Origin: Cenococcum geophilum | Lineage: Eukaryota | Direction of reading: 5' to 3' | Assembly: GCA_050273025.1 (NCBI GenBank) | Contig: CP158635.1 | Coordinates: forward strand, 16,988,001 to 17,052,000 | DNA: 64,000 nt | Part shown: positions 49,631 to 61,800 of the stretch, piece by piece | Layout of the letters: each line of letters starts with the position of its first letter | How positions within the stretch are numbered: position 1 is the first letter of the stretch | Translations under genes and position numbers: made by a program | Notes under the pieces: model-generated | The model's input: only the letters and a program-made list of their open reading frames with translations | What the model was told of the DNA's origin: nothing | Database searches by the model: none

Positions 49631-49749
49631 CGAACAACCAGTCAGCAACACCACGAACGACTTAATCGATCGATCGAATCGAACCAGAGCCTCGATATCA
49701 GCCCGCTACCGAATCAAATCGAATTAGATACCATAGACAGATATAGACG

Positions 49750-49932
49750 GTAGGCACAGACAGGTAGGCATATACAGGTAGGCACAGATAGGTATAGGCA
49801 GGCAGGTAGGCAGGCAGGTAGGCAGGCAGGCAGGCAGGTAGACAGGCAGGTAGGCAGGCAGGTAGGCAGGCAGGTAGGCAGGCAGGCAGGCAGGTAAGCA
49901 AGCAGGTAAGTAGGCAGGCAGACAGGTAGGCG
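49750..49932. repeat. (AGGC/AGGT)n tetranucleotide microsatellite
   Basis: aggcaggcaggtaggc array; source of the spurious LPAC-repeat ORFs. Confidence 0.9.
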
Positions 49933-50159
49933 GGTGCTAGGCCTAGTTAGGAAATTAGTACACGGCCGGTGGATCGTCAGGAATATCGCCAATTGACGAT
50001 TTGGAGCCTCTGCAAGAGGCTTCCCACTTATTTTAATTAATTGCTTAATAACCAAATTTAAAAATTTAAAACCTATTATTATTCCAATATAAATATTGCA
50101 GTTATAGAAAATATTATAACTATTATAGTAAAAAGATATATTATAATTTTTAAAATTAA

Positions 50160-50240
50160 TATTATTAATATTACTAATGTTGCTAATATTGCTAATGTTG
50201 CTAATGTTGCTAATGTTGCTAATATTGCTAATGTTGCTGA
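50160..50240. repeat. (TTGCTAATG)n 9-bp repeat with a RIP gradient
   Basis: ttattaata > ttactaatg > ttgctaatg units. Confidence 0.85.
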
Positions 50241-52877
50241 TGGGGCCCGGGGCTAGCGTAAAGAAGTGTACATAAGCAGATCAGCGGATCTAGCTAAAAT
50301 GACCCCGGGCCAGCCCCGGGCCAGCCCCTGGCTAGCCCCTACCACTCTCCCGTTTTCCTAACGTATATAAGTTAAAGGTTAGGTTAAGAGGGAAATTTAA
50401 AAAAGTTAAAATCTTATAGAACTTTAACCGCCGGTTAAAGTTATCTAATTGGTTAGATCCTTGCCAAGAGCGCCGCGCCTAATCAATTTAGGTGGCGGTA
50501 TAGACTTCTACCAACTAATTAGGATTTTCCATACCCGGCATAGAAAATCGCCATTAGCTCGCTTACTACTAGCGTCTTAGCGGCCTACCTGTCTTCGCGT
50601 TATCCACCAAATTCTACCAACTGCCGCATTATCGTATATCGTCTGGTTTTGTTATATACTGTCTGTTTGTATATATATATATAGCAACCACAAAAAGAAG
50701 AGTTGCCAGTGTCGGGAATAAGGCAAGTTGCCGTCGCATGAAGCATATTGCCGTCACGTGTCGACGTGGCCCTAGCGTGGTGAGGAACCTTAAGTTCCTC
50801 ACCCCTTTCCTCATTCCTATCAATAAGAATCAACCAACATCACTGTAACCCTACTCGAGTAGTCGTTATTGGTGAGTCACCCTGTGTTTCCAACAATAGT
50901 ATTTAATAGTCCGTAAATTTAGTAAATATAGTGGATATATAGTTAGGCCGCTTCTTTAGCATTAATATTCTTATAATATAGGATTAAAAACAGGCGCTTA
51001 CTAAAGCGGTTAACTAGAATTATAACTATATTATATCCGTTATAGTCTATAGGTAGCTTATAAAAGTCTATAAAGATATATTATTAGGGGCGTTCTAGTA
51101 TTAGGAGTGGTTTTAATAGTCCTAGGGTCTTATCTTATAGGATTATAGATCTATAGCAGCTATTACAGTTCCATATATAACGGTTAATATCTATAACTAT
51201 TCTAGGCTAGTAGTAGCGGTTACTAATAATCTTATAGGTCTTATTTTTTCTAGGGTAGGCCGTAGAGACCTAGGTATAAGCTTTAGCAATAAGCTAAGTC
51301 CGTAAGTTCTATTTCTTAGCTACTACTAGCCGTTCCTAATACTTAAGTAGTCCGTTTTTAAGGGACTATAGACTAGTAACGTTCTTTACCTTTTTACGGT
51401 ACTTTTATAGAGAGGGGGTTGTTTAGTTAGCCTATAGTAGTTTATTAATAAGGTTAAATTTAAAAGAGTTAATAGGATATATCTTGGCGCCTAAGGAGTT
51501 TATGCTTAGTTCTGCCTATATCTAAGGGTTAAGGTATTTTAGTTGTAGTAGCGTCTAGGTTTATAATAAGATCTTTATAGCCGTCTAGTTATTTAGGTTT
51601 TACTTACGCCTAATAAAAGCGTCCGCACGGTTTATAGCGCTTAGTCTATATATAATTAAGAAGTTAAACTAAGATAGGGTATCCGCCTAGCGTACCTACT
51701 AGGCTATAAGGGCCTTAGTTATTATAAAGTATTCTAGGGCCTTATAATCTAAAACTACCTTAATTAGCTTAGGGATCTCCTCTAGCTATATACGCCAGTG
51801 CTAAAAGCTAGAGATAATAGCTAGCATTTCTTTATTATAGATATAGTAGTTTAGCTTAGCATCTATTATAGTCTTCAAATAATATATAATAGGGTGCTAC
51901 TCTCCGTCTAGTTACTTTTAGAAAAAAACACTAGCTATTACGCTGTTTAAGGCATTAGTTTCTAGTATTAAAGGCCATTTTAGGTCAAAATAGGTAAGTA
52001 GGGGAGCCAATACTAGCTGTTTCTTAAGCTTATTAAAGGCCTGCCTATATATAGCGTTAAAGTAAAAGGGCTAGTCTTTTCTAGTAAGATAGTTAAAAGG
52101 CTAGGTAATTTTACTATAATTTTTAATAAAGCGTTAGTAGAAGTTACAAAAATATAAAAATAATTATACCCCCTTTATGGTCTATAGGGGTGCCTACTAG
52201 TTAATTATAGCTATCTTCTCTAGGTTAGTTTTAATTTTATTTATACTAATAATAAAACCTAAGTACTTTATACGCTTAATACTAAACTCTAACTTTTTAA
52301 TATTAACCTAGAGGCTAGCCTTATAGAGCCGTTATAGGACTTTATAGACGTACTCCTTATATTTTAGCTCGTTCTTAGAGTAAATTATAATATTATCTAA
52401 ATAGGCCGTATAGAAGTCGTTAAGATAGTTAAAGAGTATATTATTTATATACTGCTAGTATATAGCTAGTCCATTAGTTAGTCTAAAAGAGAGTACCTTA
52501 TATTTATACGTTCCGTAATAGGTTTAAAATATAATAAAAAATTTAGACCTAGGGTTTATCCTAATTTAGTAAAAGGCCTAGCGGATATTAAGCTTTGTAA
52601 AGACCTTAGCTCTACTTATTTGGGCCAGAGTCTTATTAAATAGGGGTAGCGGGTAGCGGTCCTTACGGGTTATATTATTTAGCTTATAGTAGTTAATATA
52701 GAAGCAGAGTCCTCTATTTAGCTTTTTAATAAAGAGAATAGGCGAGGTAAAAGGGGCTTAGCTAGGCTTAATAAAGCCCTTATTTAGGTTATTAATAAGA
52801 TACTACTTTATAGCCTATAATTTAGTAATAAACTGCTTGTAAAGGGGGCTAAAGCTAAAGGTATTTTCCTTACCCTG

Positions 52878-55800
52878 TGTAACGGGACTAGCCCAGTTAT
52901 AGTAGGAATGTCTCGGTAAAACACTCAACAGATAAATTCCGACGCTTTAACCAAAATCTGCTAGATTAATCGAATTACCGAAGTCTGTTAAAGACCGCGT
53001 GCGTATATGTGCACGCATCGACCACCAAGCCCCTAACTATTTAATTATATAATTCTCTTATTATTCCTTTCTCTTCTTTACGTAATGTCTTGTTCTTAGC
53101 AAGAGCTATATACCCTTAGATTTAGATAGAATTTATATTATTCCTTTAAATCTTCCCTAAAGTCTCTCCGCGCCCTTATATTACATTACGTCTATATTAA
53201 TACCCTTAAAATAGTAAACAAACTTAAATCCGCTATATTAACCATTATAGCCCTAGTTAGGGAATAAATAACTACAATATAACAGTCCTTTATAAATGCT
53301 TTAGCCTAGTAATAAACTATACTAAAAGCTTAGTATTAGCAATTAATTAAAGCAATATATAAAGAACTCTATAACGCCAAAGTACTCGCGTTAGAGACCC
53401 TAATAGTAACACCTATAAACGAAATTAAAATAACTATATATAAACTTGACCTATTAAATATAAACCCTAAACTAGTAATAGTAGCTTAACCTATACCTAT
53501 AACAAACCTAATACCTACTACGAAATCTAAAAAGCTCCCTAACCCTCTAATATTTAATAGAAATTAAAATAACCTATATCCCTTTATAACTAAGCTCCGT
53601 CTTAAACTTTTAATAAACTATAACTAATACCCTACTAAAGCTAGTAAGATTAGCTATGGAATATCTTATTTAAATAAAGACGCTATATAAACTATAGACC
53701 CATTCTTCTATAATAGCACCTTTATTAATTTTAAAATCTTTATCTCTCTACTAGAACGAATATATAATAACGCCAGCCGCGAATATATAGCTATTACTAA
53801 ACTTAAAAACCTATAATAACGGAACCGAGACTTTACTAGCTTCTTTTCTGAATTTTTAGGCCTTATTAGTAAACTGAATTAGAATAAAGCCACTAAAGTT
53901 ACTGCTCTTTGCCGAGCTATTTTAGATAAAATTAGAGTATAGTTAATAGATAAAGAACTACTAAAGAACTTACCTAAATTTGCTATAATATATTAATAAA
54001 TTAATAAGGACCTTTAATATAATAAATAGACTTATTCCCTAAAGCAAACTATACCTTATGTTTAAAACTTTATAAAACTAGTATATACCCTAAAGCGCGA
54101 TCCATTTCTAAAACCTAAAAGCCCTATATATAACCCTATAGACCTTAATACCCTTAAAAACTAATAAATAAAGAACACGAGCTATAAATATTATTATTCA
54201 TTGCTTAACGTCCGATTTAGATCCCTATTAGGCCCACGCGGACTACTCCTTATATACATATAGGGAGAAAACTCTATTTAAGAAAACCCCGTAATCCATC
54301 TCCCCGCCTTTTAGGACTCGCCTATAAGGCGCCTATAAGGCGCCTATAAGTCACCTATAGTGCTCTACTACCTTACTTTTTAACCTCTTTAGGAACCACT
54401 GCTGCCATAACAAGCCTACGGACGCGCTAGTATTGCAAACTTTACTCTACCACTATAGAGTCATTAGGGGGCGCCCGTTACTCGCCCCCCCGCCCTCTAT
54501 TACTATTTCCTTTGCAACCCGGAACTAGTTTAGTATATTTTAGCTAATAAGCCACTAGGTAACCGCCTTAAGGCCTTTCTATATTAAGAGTAGTGTATTA
54601 TAGTTCTCTGTGCTAGCTACTAAGAGTATTACTTCTTAGTTGGTGCGTAAGGGGCATAATAGTATTACGTGTTTTGGTGTCTATCTTAGCCAGCTATATT
54701 CGTATCTTAGGCTACCTACTAGGACACCTACCCAGTAGAGCCAGTCTTTTAGTCCTATTATTCCTATTCTTAAGAGTGTTGCTATTATATTTTCTGCCTT
54801 TATTAGGCCTTCTTAGAGCCCTAGAGTGTTTACCCCCTATAGCATTAACTATGCTACGGCTTAGGTTCCTCTTGCCTTAGTTAGCCTCTATACCTTTAGC
54901 TCCCATACGCCTCTCTAGCGTTGGTCTAGCCAGTGTTATATTATAGTAGATAGTTTCCTAGTATTCTTTTATGCTCTACTTTTACTCCTTTCTCTCTCTT
55001 ACTATTGTCTTTACTAGCCTCTTACGCGTCTCCCTTCCTCCTCTATATGGGCCTGGGCCCTAAAGCAGCACTATTCTTCTTCTGCTTTCTTTACCTATTT
55101 CTCTAATATGTCTTCCCTACTTTAGGGTTGTTGGTTTGTTCTCCTATAGGGCGCCCTAGGGTCCCTCTATAGTTTATTTAGGCGTATCTTAATATACTTT
55201 ATAACATTAGAGTTGCGTTTATTTTACGCCCTTTATATTACAGCGGCTTTAATATATAGTTATAGGGGGGGAATATTGGCTTCCTTTTTAAGCAGTGCTA
55301 TAGCCGTTTGCTTATATCCGCCTGTTATACTCCAGAGGCAGGCTGTTTAGACCTTTTAGAGTAGTTTAAGGAGTAATTTAGGGGGGCCTTTCTTAGATTC
55401 TCTAATGGCCTAAATACGAGACCTATATGTTATAGTTGGCCGGATAACTGCTATATATAGTAGGCGTAACCTCTAGAAGCATAGACCCTATATAGAATTA
55501 ACAATCCTAGATAATATGATATACTATACTTAGCCCTTATGGGCCGCTTACGCCGCATATACGCTCTACTAAAGCTTGCTATCTACCCATACTCCTAATA
55601 CCCTTAGACCCTAAACTGGTTAACCCCTAAAGCCTTAGATGCGGATTATATACTAAAGATCTGCAAATTAGTTGCGTTTTCTTATAAAGTGGATTAGCTA
55701 GTATTTCTCTAGTAAGAATTAGACTCTATATTGTCTTACCTATTCTATATAGGTGTTATAAGCTTTCTCTAGTGTTCTACAATTTTTTATGGCTGTTGGC

Positions 55801-58800
55801 CCGTATATAATTAGGTTTGTATTATTAACGAAGCCTATCCCCTAGGTCGCCCCTTCCTTAAAGAAGTTAAGCAGGTTGCTTATAAAGAAAAGGAAGAGTA
55901 TAGGCGAGAGGGGTAATCCTTATGGTATTCCTGTTATAACTGCGATAGGGGGGCTTTGGTATCCGCTAAAGACTAGTAATATTTCTTTCTAATCTGTAAA
56001 CCCTTAAATAAATTGTATAATCTATTCTGGGAAGCCTTTTACCCTAAAAATATATAGGAGACGCTTATAGGGTACGTTATCGTAGGCGCCGCTAATATCT
56101 AGGCTAAGCATTAATACTATAAAGTCCCTTCGCATCGCCTATACGGATTTAATGGTGGTAGTAAGTAGCGTAAGTGCTAATAGTGTTAAGCGGTTCTTTC
56201 TTGCCCCTATTTGGCTTTATAGTAGTAGGTTATATTCCTTAGCTATATCTACTATATAGTCTGCTATTACCTTTTCTAAGATCTTACTAAGGGTGTTTTC
56301 TAAGGCAATAGGGCGGTAGCTTCCTAGGATTAAGTAATCTACTTTACTTTCTTTCCGTAGAATAACCGTCGTTATAGCTCTTCTAAGTCGCGGGTAGTAG
56401 CCTATAGTAAAGTATACCCTAGCTATATCTGTAAGCTAGGGTGCTATAAGTGGTCTATATATTTTTAAGGCCTTATTTAGAATCCCATCTAGTCCTAGTG
56501 CTATATTATTTAAAAGGCGGCTAATAGTTCTAGCTATTTTCTTTATTATTATATTGCTGTTGACCCTTAGGCGAGTCACTAGTATTTTACCTGTAATATT
56601 GCTGAGGTCTACTAGAGCTGGTTAGGGGAAGAACCTTTCTATAAGGATCTTTACCTTCTTATCGTTGTTATTAGTGGCCTGTAATTCCCCTACTCTTTAT
56701 AGGGGTGGTAGGTATAGGTCTTCTGCTAGGCGCCCTACCTTTTTCTTTACCTATTTTGCTATAACCCAAAGGCCCTTATTATAGGGGAGGCTTAAGTTAA
56801 AAGTATGCTCGTTTATAAACCGTCTCTAGTTATTCCTTACTTCTTTCTTTAGGGTATTCTTTAACTAGTTTCTCGTATCTTTATATTATCTCTTATCTTT
56901 AGGGTTGTAGCTACTTATATATTTCCTTCTTACTTATTATTAGCTAGTAATAAGAACTATATATTATATGGACTATACGTGTCGCGTATAGGGGCCCGGT
57001 TTCAAGACTGGGCAGTGCTCTTTTAGCCTATTTTTAATCGCTGCCTAGATCCTTTCTAGTCTTTAGTTAATTTCCTTAGGGGTGGCTAATAAGCCTTACT
57101 TGTTTGGAATTAGGTGGATTTCTTTTAGGTCTTAGAGTTATTGTTTAACTATATTAAGGAAACTGTCTATCTTAAGCTTCCTTATTGCGTATCTTTTACT
57201 ACTTAATTGCGCCTTAATATCCAAATCTAGCTATATCTAGATGGGGATATAGTCTAAGGCGAGTGCCTATTCTTCTTTAGGGTTATACTTTTCGAGTCTC
57301 TAATATAGGCCTTCGTCCATAAATATAAGGTTAATTATACTTCTAGAGGTTCCTTATTACTATATAGTTGCTCTTAGGGGGGTAGCTAACTTAAGGCCCT
57401 AGGTGTTTATAGCTCTTAGTAGGCACTCTACCTATTAATTAGCAGCAACATAGATACCCCCCTACCGCGGGTGGTAGAGGTTTATGTCTCCTAGTAGGAT
57501 AAACTCTATGCCTTTGGTTTCTAGCAAGCTTATTACTAATATAATATTCTCTGTTTATAGGACCCCTTTAACCCTAAGGTTATATATATTAATAATTTAT
57601 ACCGGTCCCCTATATATCTGGATTGTTATAACTGCAATATCTAGGTTAACTGCCTGCTATAACTATAAGGATAGGCTAATAGCCTTGCTAATTATAAAGT
57701 ATACGCGTGTAGCTGCTTTTAGTTTATATAGGAGCTAAAATTCTTAGGGGCAGTATATTAATTATGTGTAGGTATTATAGTACGGCTCTTATATAGCAAG
57801 GATATAGTGTTTCTCTAGGTCTAGACTATCTAGTAAAGGCCTTATAAAACGGTGGTTTGTGTTGCCGCAGTTATACTATATAATAGATAGGTGGTGGACC
57901 CCTAGCAAGGGTCCTTTACCTCTCCTTTATTCCTTACTTCTTCTATTTCTACTTTCTCTAAGATATTTAGAACTTCTATCTCTTATGTCTATACCCTAGT
58001 TACTACTTATTTTATATAGAGCTTTCCATTCCCGTATCTTATGTTCCTACTAGCGCTTCTATATTTAAATCTATTATTATCTCCGGTTCCTTCCCTGTTC
58101 TTACTAGCTAGCTATATGCCCTTTATAGGTCGGCTGTAAATATTATATTTGCCGCGTTAAATCTAATTCTTAATTGTCCTGGTCTTAAGCTTGCTATAGC
58201 TATCTATAGGGGTCTTCCTATAGGGCGTCCTTTTCCTTATATCCCCTATAACCCTTATATCCCTATACAGTCTAGTAATATCGCACGGCGCCGCTTCTGG
58301 CCCGTTAAGGCTTAGGATAGCTAGCCTAGCCCCCCAGTACTAAAGGTAGGAAACGCTGGAAAGGCACCTACGTCCCCCTAGCTTATCGCCTATTGTTTTT
58401 ATTCGTATAACCTAGCGTACAGTTATTCCCGTAGCTATTAAGCCCTTACCTTCTATCTCCTATATTTAATACAGTCTTCTCTCTTTTACGCCTTATATAT
58501 GCTTTAGTGGCAGTTTACGCATTTTATTTAGTCTTAATTTAAGCAGTATCTTATATCGTGGGGGCCTATACAGTAGCCGTAGCACACCTATACTACGCAT
58601 GTGGATTAGGTGTGTCCCCATTATACGCAGCAGTAGCATCATTTTAGGCATAGTCTGTGGTTATAGAGCCTTACGTTATATATAAGGCCATTTATAATTA
58701 TTCCTTTTTAGATAAGGAGTTTTTATATTCCTAGTATATGTGTACTAACAATAAGGGAGCCATGCGTTTAACCAGCGTCTCCCTAGCAAGTCTTTAGTAA

Positions 58801-61800
58801 CCCTTATATCCTCTTATTATTCTTATTATTTACTTAGTTTACATTTTCCTATTAAAGCCATTAGATTTAGGTAATCTTAAGGCCTAGTATAAGGCGTTCT
58901 ATATATTTTACTATCTTTTATATAGTTGCTGTGTTATCTACCTAGCATCCCTTTTCTACTCTAAGGCTTATAGAAACTGCTAGGACTTTAACTAGATAGT
59001 CTTTACAGAGCACTTTTATACTAATACGTTCTCCTAGCCTGTCCCCTACCCTTACGGCTCGTTCCTTTACCTATTAGTCCTTTAGGGTAACTCTAATATC
59101 TCCGCTCCTAAGGTATTAGACTATAACTGCGTTATAGACCTCTTTACGAATCTCTATAAGAACTTCTATTTTTAATTATCTCCTAAGCCCCTTTACTTTT
59201 TCTATATTTAGTTATATTATAATTATATATCCGGTTATTATCTTAAGGGGGGTAGGTTCCCTATAGTATAGAAGCGCGGCTATGGCGGCCTAGGTGCGGT
59301 TCGCTAGTAAGGGGGGGTTTTATTTATTTTTAATTTTGCTTAGCTATTAAAGGATTTAATTAAGGGTTTGCTAAAGGGGCGCTTAAGGTTCGCTAGACTA
59401 GCGGAGCCATTTTACTAGCTGTATTAGTTCGTTATAGCTAATAGTTACTCCCCTATAATTCTAGATACTAAATACGTCTAGTAGGCTTTATATTTTGTCA
59501 GATGCCTTCTTAATAGAGGTGTTTACGCTTTATAGTGTGGTATTCGCCCGTCTTTATTGTGGAGGGCTGTTATTAGGCGTAGATCTAGCGGTTGCGCGCG
59601 AGTACGAGCCACCGTCGGTCGACGTGTGCCTCCCCTGCGATGTATATATCTCGGGGGGATTCTCTAGGTGTTTTTCAGGGTTCTTTTTGGTTGTTTTTGG
59701 TCTTTTTGGGCCGGGTGCAGCAAGAGCTCCAAATCCTGTATTTTGAGGTGCTGTAATTATACAATAACTTTAATAGAAATAATAATCATTATATCTAAAA
59801 GGTTTATTATTATTTATTCTTGCTTAATGTCTAATCACGAGCTATAAATAGAGAATGTTTTAGATATAGAAAAAAGTAATATATTTAAAGAGATTGCCAA
59901 ACTTACCCTTTTAAAAAGGTCTGCCGTAGCTCCTCTTAGTCCTTAAGTCGTACTTATTCTATAAATTATACTCGGTTGCTATAAAGCATCTTACTTTTAG
60001 TTAACTCGGAAAATGAATTATTCTAGGGCTAAGTCGTGCCTTAGGATAAGAAGTGGAAGAGTATAAGTGTTTAGGCTCTTTTAGCGCTAATATATAACAT
60101 AACTCCCTTAATATACTTAGTGAAATTTAAATACTTAAAAAATAGAAGAAAGTATAAATCCTTATAGACAGCGGAGCCATTAGTATAGGCTTATTAATAT
60201 AAACTATATAAAAACTTAATACTTAAATTTAAAGAAACTTAATAAGCCCTAAGGCTTATAAGGCTTTAATGGCAAGCCTTTAATATACGGCGAATTAACG
60301 TACTACGCTTTTATAAAGATATAGATAGGTAAATACCTTAAATACGTTTCTCTATTTATAATACCCTTAAAGTATTATAAGGTAATACTTAGATACGGAT
60401 AGCTAAAATAATATAACCCTTTAATTAGCTGGGTTAAAGAAATACTAAAATTCTATATAACCTACTGCCGAAGTTATTACTTAAAATACTACTTGCCCTA
60501 TAAACATATATATAACTATTTAAATTTAATATAATATAAATTACCCTTACTATAAACCTCGAACTAATATAATAAAGTTATAACTATTAATCGCGGTAAA
60601 GAATGCGAAGATAATATATTAAAACCTCTTAAAATTTATATAATATAAGCCGCACCCTTTTATTTATTAGCAAGAAAATAAGACTATAAGATCTTTACTA
60701 TAACACTAGAAGATATTAAAAAGGCGTTAAAACTAAAGCAATATATTAACCCCTAACCTCTTATACCTAAAGAACATTATAATTTAATTAATACGTTTAA
60801 GAGACAATTTATAAACTAACTACCCCTATATTAAGATAAGCACGATTTTAAGATAGAACTTAAACCTGGTATAACGCCAAAGTTTAGCCTATTATACGGT
60901 ATATCGTAAGAAGAGCTACTTATAATATAATAATACCTTAAAGAGCACCTAAAGAAAGGATTTATTCGCCCTAGTTAATCACTATTCGCCTTACCTATAT
61001 TATTCGTTAAGAAACCTAAAGAAGGCTTAAGATTCTATATTAATTATTAAGCCCTAAATATAATTACGATTTAAAACTAATATCTAATTCCTCTACTTTA
61101 AGAAACGCTTAACTACTTAGTGAAAGTATAATACTTTATAAAGCTTAACGTAGTCGCTGCCTTTAATTAAATCCGTGTTCGCGAAGGAGATAAGAAGTAT
61201 ATAGCTTTCCGTATATAATAGGGACTTTTTAAATACCTAGTAATACTATTTAGCGTAAAAAATAGTCCTAGTACGTTTTAGTAATATATTAATAATACGC
61301 TTCGCGAATTCCTTAATATATTTATTACCGCGTATATTAATAATATCTTAATCTATTTATTTTTACTTTTTAAGTATCGGAAGTATATCTAAATGGTCTT
61401 TAAATGTTTATAAGACGCGGGCTTATAATATAATATTAAGAAATACAAGTTCTATACATCTGAAGTTATATACTTAGGCCTAATTATATCCCGCAACGGA
61501 ATTAAAATGGACCCTAAGAAAATTGCTATAATTATAAACTGGGAAAGTCCTAGTAGTATATAAGACATCTAAGGATTTCTAAAATTCGCAAATTTCTACC
61601 GTCGATTTATTAATTACTTCTTAAAAATTATTTAGCTATTAGTAAACTTAATAAGAAAGAATATAAGATTTAAATAGACTACTAAATATAAATAAGCTTT
61701 TAATGACCTAAAATATTGTTTTATAACTACTTTAATCCTTACCTACTTTAATTTAGACCTTAAATATATCGTTAAAATAGACTCGTCTAATTATATACTA

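Larger units (their letters stand above)
48577..50363. mobile_element. Non-autonomous TIR DNA transposon D (Tc1/mariner-pogo type, TA TSD), 1787 bp, nested in the RNase H end of B
   Basis: TA|CGTTAGGAAAACGGG...CCCGTTTTCCTAACG|TA; removing it and one TA restores the Copia frame LRI*VKG*VKR (LRIQVEGWVKR-like); interior is repeats, no transposase. Confidence 0.88.
36537..50895 (+). mobile_element. Ty1/Copia (GalEa-like) LTR retrotransposon B, complete but RIP-inactivated; LTRs 36537-36722 and 50710-50895
   Basis: 186-bp LTR pair, TSD ATAGT; domain order PR (IMPDT.A.G) - INT (NSI.KVERY) - RT (K.RLVI.GYN, KPLY.IAE) - RH (EKRLI); CTGATTAGT right after the 5' LTR; PPT AAAAAGAAGAG before the 3' LTR. 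Confidence 0.92.
35008..52877 (-). mobile_element. Gypsy chromovirus A (host of the nest), 3' LTR 35008-35300, interrupted by insertions; 5' part not seen in the window
   Basis: LTR TGTTACGG...CCGTAACA with a minus-strand PPT (GAGGGGGGG) at ~35305-35313; chromodomain ~35700-35830; integrase across 36536/50901; RT AYLDNIIIY near 52400. Confidence 0.85.

Noticed and set aside
49078..49727. CRISPR-like look of the palindromic array, and the 143-aa HQDDR repeat ORF
   Set aside because: No unique spacers and no cas genes, in a eukaryotic context; the ORF starts at TTG and merely reflects stop-free tandem units inside a TIR element.
49698..50055. LPAC-repeat ORFs
   Set aside because: Translation of the AGGC microsatellite.
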